DNA from: an uncultured Oceanospirillaceae bacterium
GTDB taxonomy: Bacteria; Pseudomonadota; Gammaproteobacteria; Pseudomonadales; Oceanobacteraceae
Direction: 5' to 3'
Assembly (NCBI GenBank): GCA_937974825.1
Contig: CALJVD010000033.1
Coordinates: 6,957-70,956 of the forward strand
Length of the DNA stretch: 64,000 nt
The position numbers were made by a program, and so were the translations under genes. How positions within the stretch are numbered: position 1 is the first letter of the stretch; the number at the start of each line of letters is the position of its first letter. Shown piece after piece: positions 56,871 to 64,000 of this stretch. The notes beneath the pieces were generated by a model. That model was not told where the DNA came from and searched no databases. It saw only the letters and a program-made list of their open reading frames with translations.

Positions 56871-58319
56871 ATGAGCGCTGTACAAGCTGATCTTCAGATG
56901 CCAGAAAAAAATCAAGAAATTGAGCGTATCCACACTTTGTTTAATCAGCAGAAAGCTGCTTACCGTGCCCAGCCTATGCCAAGCGCTCAAGAGCGCATTG
57001 CTGATTTGCGTCGTTTAAAAGAAGCCGTTTTAAAATACAAAGATGATTTAGCAGACGCTATCTACCAAGACTTTAGCTGCCGCTCAAAAGACGAAACCAT
57101 GGTGGCGGAAGTGATGACTTCGGTACAAGGTATTAATTACGCAATTAAGCGTGTTAAAAAGTGGATGAAGCCTTCTAAACGACATGTCAGCATGTTGTTT
57201 GCGCCTTCGCATAACAAAGTAATGTATCAGCCTCTAGGTGTGGTCGGCATTATGGTGCCATGGAACTATCCACTGCAATTAGCCGTGTTGCCATTAATGA
57301 CTGCATTGGCAGCGGGTAACCGTGCCATGATTAAAATGTCAGAATTTACCCCAGCCATGAACGCTGTACTGAAAAAATTATTAGCAGAAGCTTTCGAAGA
57401 AGACCAAGTGGCGGTTATCGAAGGGGAAGTGGAAGTTTCTACCGCATTCTCAGAAACCCCATGGGATCATTTAGTCTTTACTGGCTCTACTCAAGTGGGT
57501 CGTATTGTTATGGGTGCAGCGGCGAAAAACTTAACGCCAGTGACCTTGGAGCTTGGTGGTAAATCACCGGCTATTATTACCCCTAATGCCAATATGAAAG
57601 ATGCCGTAGAGCGCATTTGCTTTGGTAAGTCATTAAACGCAGGTCAGACCTGTATTGCCCCCGACTATGTACTGCTACCAGAAGGCAAAGAAGAAGAGTT
57701 TATTAAGCTGTACCAAGAAACTTTTGCCAAAATGTACCCAACTGTACGCGATAATGACGACTACACTGCCATTATCAATGATCGTCAGCATCAGCGTCTA
57801 TTAAGCTGGGTAGAGGACGCTAAACAACAAGGCGCTAAATTTACTGTGGTTAATCCTGCTAACGAAGACTTTAGCGGAACACGTAAAATGCCATTGCATA
57901 TCGTGCAACAAGGCACCGCAGAAATGAAGATTCTGCAAGATGAGCTGTTTGGTCCGATTTTACCCATAGTGACCTATAAAACTTTAGCAGGTGCGCTTGA
58001 CTACATTAATGATCGAGATCGTCCGCTAGCGCTTTATATCTTCACTTATGAGCGCAAAGAACAGCAATATATTTTAGAGAACACGCACTCGGGTGGTGTC
58101 ACTATTAACGATACCCTAATGCATGTGGCGCAAGATGATATTCCGTTTGGTGGCGTTGGCCCATCAGGTATGGGGCACTACCACGGTAAAGAGGGCTTTA
58201 TCGCACTGTCAAAAGCGAAAGCAGTACACCGCAAGGGTAAGTTCAATAGTGGACAGTTTGTATACCCACCCTATGGAACCGCCATTCAGTCACTTATTTA
58301 CAAGTTCTTTATCCGCTAA
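56871..58319 (+). CDS. NAD(P)-dependent aldehyde dehydrogenase (class 3 / coniferyl-aldehyde dehydrogenase-like)
   Basis: 482 aa with ELGGKSP, the catalytic Cys region GQTCIAPDY, and EELFGPILP. Confidence 0.88.
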   Translation: MSAVQADLQMPEKNQEIERIHTLFNQQKAAYRAQPMPSAQERIADLRRLKEAVLKYKDDLADAIYQDFSCRSKDETMVAEVMTSVQGINYAIKRVKKWMKPSKRHVSMLFAPSHNKVMYQPLGVVGIMVPWNYPLQLAVLPLMTALAAGNRAMIKMSEFTPAMNAVLKKLLAEAFEEDQVAVIEGEVEVSTAFSETPWDHLVFTGSTQVGRIVMGAAAKNLTPVTLELGGKSPAIITPNANMKDAVERICFGKSLNAGQTCIAPDYVLLPEGKEEEFIKLYQETFAKMYPTVRDNDDYTAIINDRQHQRLLSWVEDAKQQGAKFTVVNPANEDFSGTRKMPLHIVQQGTAEMKILQDELFGPILPIVTYKTLAGALDYINDRDRPLALYIFTYERKEQQYILENTHSGGVTINDTLMHVAQDDIPFGGVGPSGMGHYHGKEGFIALSKAKAVHRKGKFNSGQFVYPPYGTAIQSLIYKFFIR

Positions 58320-58345
58320 AAATAATAAAGATAGGGAAGGATTGT

Positions 58346-58915
58346 ATGCCAAAATTATCTACAACCCGTCGTGGCTTTATGCAATTAAGTGCGACTTCCG
58401 CTGCTTTCTTGGCAGCGGGGGCCTCATTTGCCAGCCTTACTGGCTGTACTAAAGCGCCGGTCGCCAGTGGCTATAAGGTATTACGCAATACCGACTTTGA
58501 GTTTATTACAGCTATTGCACCGGTGGTTTTAGGTGGCTCTTACCCAGGTGTTCTAGGGCCAGAAAAAGCCCCTGAAGTCTTATTAAAAGCCGTTGATAAC
58601 TTAGTGGTTACTTTGCAAGAGTACGCCCAAAGCCAGCTGATTATGATGTTTGATGTAATGCAGTCAGCGCCTTTGCGGGTGGCTATGGATGCTCCTTGGT
58701 CTACTTGGCCTGAAGCGACAGCTGAAGATATTGAGCGCTTTTTGCAAGGCTGGAAAACCAGCATGATTCCGCTTAAGCGCATGGGTTATGGTTCTCTGGT
58801 TAAGGTGCTGGCTATGTGCTGGTACAGTCAGCCCGAAACTTTTATAAGCTCGGGTTATCCTGGTATGCCTAAAAGAGAATTGCTAACCGACCAGCCTATT
58901 GCGGCCGCAGATTAA
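58346..58915 (+). CDS. Tat-signal small subunit (gluconate 2-dehydrogenase subunit 3-like)
   Basis: 189 aa with the twin-arginine motif TRRGFMQLSATSAAFLAAGASFASLTGC (possible lipobox LTGC). It lies immediately upstream of a GMC flavoprotein. Confidence 0.7.
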   Translation: MPKLSTTRRGFMQLSATSAAFLAAGASFASLTGCTKAPVASGYKVLRNTDFEFITAIAPVVLGGSYPGVLGPEKAPEVLLKAVDNLVVTLQEYAQSQLIMMFDVMQSAPLRVAMDAPWSTWPEATAEDIERFLQGWKTSMIPLKRMGYGSLVKVLAMCWYSQPETFISSGYPGMPKRELLTDQPIAAAD

Positions 58916-58928
58916 CAAGGAAACCTCC

Positions 58929-60560
58929 ATGACCGATATTATTAAGCGTGAGCCTGTTATACCTGTGGTAGCAGGCATTAAAGACCCCATTAGAGACGGT
59001 ATAAAAGCGGGCTGGAAATTACAGTCTGCCACTGAGTTAAGCAACGACAGCCTGTTGTCTGCTGATGTGATTATTATTGGCACGGGTGCCGGTGGTGGTA
59101 CAGCAGCAGAAATACTGACCGATGCTGGTTTAAACGTATTGATGCTAGAAGAAGGTCCGCTAAAAAGTAGCGATGACTTTCGTATGGATGAGCGTGAAGC
59201 CTACCGCGATATGTACCAAGAAAGTGCTGGTCGTATGAGCAAAGATGGCTCTATGTCTATTTTGCAAGGCCGTTGTGTGGGCGGTACGACTGTTATTAAC
59301 TGGACTTCAAGTTTTCGTACGCCAGAACAAACACTGGAGCATTGGGCGAAAGAGTTTGGTGTAAAGGGCATGAGCAGCGAAGAAATGGCGCCTTGGTTTG
59401 CCAAAATGGAAGAGCGTTTAGGCGTTCAGCCTTGGCAGGTTAGCCCAAATAAAAACAATGCGGTGCTAAAAGATGGCGCGGCGAAACTGGGCTTAGATTG
59501 GAAAGTTATTCCACGTAACGTGCGTGGCTGTTGGAACCTAGGCTACTGTGGTGTGGGTTGTCCTACTAATGCTAAGCAGTCTATGTTGGTTACGACCATT
59601 CCGAGTGCCTTAGAAAAAGGGGCAAAATTGCTGTACAGCGCCCGTGCAGAGCGACTGATTATGGAAGGCCGTAAAGTGCTGGGCGTTGAAGTCAGTGCCC
59701 TTGACGATAACTACCAACCTACCGGTAAGCGTATTATCGCCAAAGCGCCGCATGTAATATTAGCCGCCGGTGCCATTAATGGCCCAGCTTTAATGCTACG
59801 TTCAAAAGCGCCCGACCCACATAAGCGTATTGGTAAACGTACCTTTTTCCACCCGACTACTTTTACCTTCGCCGAATTTGAAGAGTACGTTGACCCTTAT
59901 TATGGGGCGCCACAGTCTATTTATAGCGACCATTACCAGTGGAACACAGTTACCGGCCCTGTCGGTTATAAGTTAGAGGTACCACCACTGCCGCCGGGCT
60001 TTGCCTCAGTACTTTTATTAGGGCATGGCGCTAACCACTTCCAAGACATACAAAAGCTACCGCATCTGCACTCTATGATTGCCTTATTGCGAGATGGATT
60101 TAATGCTGAGTCTGAAGGCGGAAAAATCGAACTTTCTAACGACGGCTCACCGATTATTGACTATAAAGTAAATGATTACTTATGGGACGGTGTCGTTCGT
60201 TCTTGGTTAAGCATGGCAGAAATGCAATTTGCCGCCGGTGCCAAAGCCACCCGAGTATCCCATGTCGATTCTCCTTGGTTCCATAGCTGGGAAGAAGCCA
60301 AAGCCGGTATTCCTAAGCTAGAGTTTCGTTCCAACGCTTATACCATCGGATCTGCTCATTGTATGGGTGGAATGGCCATGGGTGAAGATCAAACACGCTG
60401 TTTGGTCGATAGCAATGGTAAGTACCATCATCTAGATAATCTTTATGTGTTTGATGGCTCGGTATTCCCGACCAGTATTGGGGCTAACCCACAGCTAAGC
60501 ATCTACGGCATGGCTTGTCGTAATGCGCATAAGCTCGTAGAAACCATTAAAAACGCTTAG
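58929..60560 (+). CDS. GMC-family FAD-dependent oxidoreductase (large subunit)
   Basis: About 543 aa with an ADP-binding fold (DVIIIGTGAGGGTAAEIL), a GMC C-terminal region (..LYVFDGSVFPTSIGANPQLSIYGMA) and no signal peptide of its own. The start is taken at Met11 of the track ORF. Confidence 0.85.
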   Translation: MTDIIKREPVIPVVAGIKDPIRDGIKAGWKLQSATELSNDSLLSADVIIIGTGAGGGTAAEILTDAGLNVLMLEEGPLKSSDDFRMDEREAYRDMYQESAGRMSKDGSMSILQGRCVGGTTVINWTSSFRTPEQTLEHWAKEFGVKGMSSEEMAPWFAKMEERLGVQPWQVSPNKNNAVLKDGAAKLGLDWKVIPRNVRGCWNLGYCGVGCPTNAKQSMLVTTIPSALEKGAKLLYSARAERLIMEGRKVLGVEVSALDDNYQPTGKRIIAKAPHVILAAGAINGPALMLRSKAPDPHKRIGKRTFFHPTTFTFAEFEEYVDPYYGAPQSIYSDHYQWNTVTGPVGYKLEVPPLPPGFASVLLLGHGANHFQDIQKLPHLHSMIALLRDGFNAESEGGKIELSNDGSPIIDYKVNDYLWDGVVRSWLSMAEMQFAAGAKATRVSHVDSPWFHSWEEAKAGIPKLEFRSNAYTIGSAHCMGGMAMGEDQTRCLVDSNGKYHHLDNLYVFDGSVFPTSIGANPQLSIYGMACRNAHKLVETIKNA

Positions 60561-61436
<876 letters not shown>

Positions 61437-61478
61437 CTTGCACCTTTCATCTCTATCTTTCAGACTAGCGTTTGAATC

Positions 61479-63194
61479 ATGGAGATGAAAATGTGGACCT
61501 CAATAATAAAGAAATTTAGCACTTACAGTTTAATTATTCTGCTAAGTGCTTGTACCTCCTTAGAATCCCCCAAAGAACAACAGTCAACTGCAAGCGTGGC
61601 GACAGCAGCCATAGCGAGCGCACACCCGTTGGCGACGCAAGCCGGTATGGATGTTCTTAATCAGGGCGGCAATGCCTTTGATGCGGCGATTGCGGTGGCC
61701 GCAAGCTTAGGGGTGGTAGAACCTTACAGTGCAGGAATTGGTGGCGGTGGCTTTTGGCTATTGTACGATGCCAAAAATGACGACTACCGTTTTCTAGACG
61801 CCCGTGAAACTGCACCAGCAGCAGCGCATAAGAATTATTATCTAACCGCTGAAGGTAAGGTTAATCGTGATAAAGCTATTAATGGCCCGACGGCAGCAGG
61901 TATTCCTGGGCAAGCAGCGGCTTTTGTGTATTTGGCTGAGCATTATGGAAAGCTCAGTTTAAAGAAAAGTTTAGCCGCAGCCATTGAGCAAGCGGAATAC
62001 GGTTTTCCAGTGAATGAGTATTATCGAACGCTGATGGGCTATCGCTTAGATGCCGTGCGTCGTTACCCCGACAGTGCCAGCATATTATTAGATAACAATC
62101 AGATACCCGAGAAAGGATACCTGTTAAAGCAGGTGGATTTAGCCAATACCCTGAAAGCCTTAGCAGACAAAGGGTTTGACGGTTTTTATAAAGGTGAAGT
62201 CGCTACAAAGCTGCTAGCAGCCGTTAACAGTAATGGCGGTGAGTGGACAGCAGCTGATTTAGCCAATTATAAAGTCATTGATCGCAACCCTATTCGTGTG
62301 AACTATGGCGGAACGGAAGTAATCAGTGCTCCTCCACCCTCGTCAGGCGGTATTGCGTTAGTACAAATGCTGAATATGCTGACGTATTTTCAGTGGCAAG
62401 AACTCAGTGCAATTGATCAGACACATTTGCTTGCCGAAGTTATGCGTCGTGCTTACTTAGACAGAGCAGAATTTTTAGGGGATCCAGACTTTATTAGTGT
62501 GCCGCAGACAGAGTTGTTATCAGAACAACGCGCACAGCAATGGGCATCCAGCATCAGTATGGCTCAAGCAACGCCAAGCTTAAGCCTGCAAGGGCCTAAG
62601 AATATTGAACAAGGGTTTCATACCACTCACTTTTCAGTGCTCGATAAAGACGGTAATAAAGTATCGGCTACGTTAAGTATTAATCTGCCCTTTGGTTCAG
62701 CCTTTACAGCGGAAGGCACTGGCATATTGCTAAATAATGAAATGGATGACTTTTCAGCCAAGCCTGGTGAGCCAAATGCCTATGGGTTGGTTGGAAGTAC
62801 AGCCAATGCCGTAGCACCGGGTAAACGACCCTTATCGAGCATGACGCCTACTATTATTGATAGTCCGCAACACACGGCGATACTGGGTACGCCTGGGGGA
62901 AGTCGTATCATTACTATGGTGTTCTTGGGCGTATTAGAGCACCTACAAGGCAAGCCTGTAAGTGATTGGGTATCAAGGCCAAGGTTTCATCATCAGTACC
63001 TGCCAGACCGTATTGAATACGAGCCTAACAGCTTTGATGAATTGGAATTAGAGCAATTGGCGGCACGTGGTCATGAGCTTAAGAATACCCATCGTCGGTA
63101 TGGCAATATGCAGGCAATCTTATTGAACAAAAAGACTGGCGAAATTACTGCCGCCTCAGATCCGCGTGGAGAGGGTGAGGCGCAAGTACAGTAA
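61479..63194 (+). CDS. ggt: Gamma-glutamyltransferase
   Basis: 571 aa with a signal/lipoprotein-like N-terminus (LLSAC), GGNAFDAAIA, the autoprocessing Thr region (..GFHTTHFSV) and GTPGGSRII. Confidence 0.9.
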   Translation: MEMKMWTSIIKKFSTYSLIILLSACTSLESPKEQQSTASVATAAIASAHPLATQAGMDVLNQGGNAFDAAIAVAASLGVVEPYSAGIGGGGFWLLYDAKNDDYRFLDARETAPAAAHKNYYLTAEGKVNRDKAINGPTAAGIPGQAAAFVYLAEHYGKLSLKKSLAAAIEQAEYGFPVNEYYRTLMGYRLDAVRRYPDSASILLDNNQIPEKGYLLKQVDLANTLKALADKGFDGFYKGEVATKLLAAVNSNGGEWTAADLANYKVIDRNPIRVNYGGTEVISAPPPSSGGIALVQMLNMLTYFQWQELSAIDQTHLLAEVMRRAYLDRAEFLGDPDFISVPQTELLSEQRAQQWASSISMAQATPSLSLQGPKNIEQGFHTTHFSVLDKDGNKVSATLSINLPFGSAFTAEGTGILLNNEMDDFSAKPGEPNAYGLVGSTANAVAPGKRPLSSMTPTIIDSPQHTAILGTPGGSRIITMVFLGVLEHLQGKPVSDWVSRPRFHHQYLPDRIEYEPNSFDELELEQLAARGHELKNTHRRYGNMQAILLNKKTGEITAASDPRGEGEAQVQ

Positions 63195-63206
63195 TATTAT
63201 ACAAGG

Positions 63207-64000
63207 TCAGCGCTGGCATTTAGTGCAGTAAACGGTGCTGCGCTGACCAATACGTAGTTCTTTTAGGGTTGTCTGACAACTCATACATGGTTTGCCAGCA
63301 CGTCCATAAACAGCCAATTGCTGGGCGAAGTAACCCGGTTTGCCGTCACCACCCACAAAGTCTTTTAGTGTGGTGCCGCCCTGCTCAATGGCGGCGGCCA
63401 ATACGAGTTTGATTTCAATAACCAGCCGCTCAATCCGCGCTTTGCTTATTTTTCCAGCGGGAGTTTGTGGGCGAATACCAGCAAAGAATAGACTCTCATT
63501 GGCGTAAATATTACCGACGCCCACCACTACCTTTGAATCCATAATAAACGTTTTGATGGCTTGAGTGCGTTGGCGGCAACGACTGTGCAGATAGTCGGCG
63601 TTGAAGTCATCACTCAAAGGTTCTGGGCCTAAGTGACTTAATTGTGGGCACTCACTGCCTGGTTCAACAAAGAGTAGAGCTCCAAAGCGTCTAGGGTCGT
63701 GGTAACGCAAAACCTTACCATTGCTCAGGCGCCAGTCTATGTGGTCGTGCTTATTCGGGGGTGTGTTGTTATCCACGAGTCGAAGAGAGCCCGACATGCC
63801 TAAGTGCCAAATCGCTGTGCCTGCATCGGTGCTTACCAGTAAATACTTAGCACGACGTTCTATCCGCGTAATGCGGTGACCGCTGAGTGCTTGAATACCT
63901 TCTTCAACGGGCCAGCGCAATTTAGGCTGACGTACGATGATTTCTTCTATGCGTTCATTCAGTAACCAAGGTGCTAACCCGCGTTTTGTGGTTTCGACTT
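63207..64000 (-). CDS. mutM: Formamidopyrimidine-DNA glycosylase, truncated by the window end (first ~6 codons missing)
   Basis: The reading frame stays open to position 64000 (..[33 protein letters not shown]..). [22 protein letters not shown] and a C-terminal zinc finger (CMSCQT...YCTKCQ) are present. It is closely parallel to E. coli Fpg. Confidence 0.93.
   Translation of the reverse strand, partial: VETTKRGLAPWLLNERIEEIIVRQPKLRWPVEEGIQALSGHRITRIERRAKYLLVSTDAGTAIWHLGMSGSLRLVDNNTPPNKHDHIDWRLSNGKVLRYHDPRRFGALLFVEPGSECPQLSHLGPEPLSDDFNADYLHSRCRQRTQAIKTFIMDSKVVVGVGNIYANESLFFAGIRPQTPAGKISKARIERLVIEIKLVLAAAIEQGGTTLKDFVGGDGKPGYFAQQLAVYGRAGKPCMSCQTTLKELRIGQRSTVYCTKCQR

Overview
This is a chromosomal, mostly housekeeping segment of a moderately AT-rich (judged by eye, not computed) gammaproteobacterium. 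E. coli-like gene blocks (pckA / hslO-hslR-yrfG / nudE; bipA<>glnA; trxA-rho; rpoH-ftsXEY<>rsmD) alternate with Pseudomonas/Oceanospirillales-like blocks (ubiA-ubiC<>rubA-rubB; ubiI..ubiH-pepP-ygfB<>zapA-ssrS-ygfA; hemW-rdgB-metW-metX; TetR<>ALDH-Tat subunit-GMC, coaD-fdx-ggt, mutM). I call about 70 protein genes, including a 54-codon rubredoxin that falls below the ORF-track cutoff and two genes cut by the window edges. I also call tRNA-Thr(UGU), tRNA-Leu(UAG), 6S RNA, several intrinsic terminators and a few promoters. I found no transposase, integrase, prophage, CRISPR array or recognisable defence or toxin-antitoxin module. The strongest non-ORF signal is in the ORF-free gap 9520-10025. It holds a roughly 190-nt minus-strand element with 11 GGA motifs that ends in a strong terminator with GGA in its loop (CsrB/Rsm-type CsrA sponge). 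A perfect 18-bp TGTAAG-N6-CTTACA GacA/UvrY-type palindrome lies upstream of it. Other items worth a second look are a decayed DUF3494 ice-binding-protein-like gene (7241-7701), a 530-aa lipoprotein gene inserted between ubiH and ubiI, a TRAP DctQM pair with no DctP, an orphan solute-binding protein, and a TetR/ALDH/Tat-subunit/GMC-flavoprotein oxidation cluster with no cytochrome partner. I cannot point to a clearly novel multi-gene system here. Every functional call is motif or synteny recognition by eye, with no database searches.
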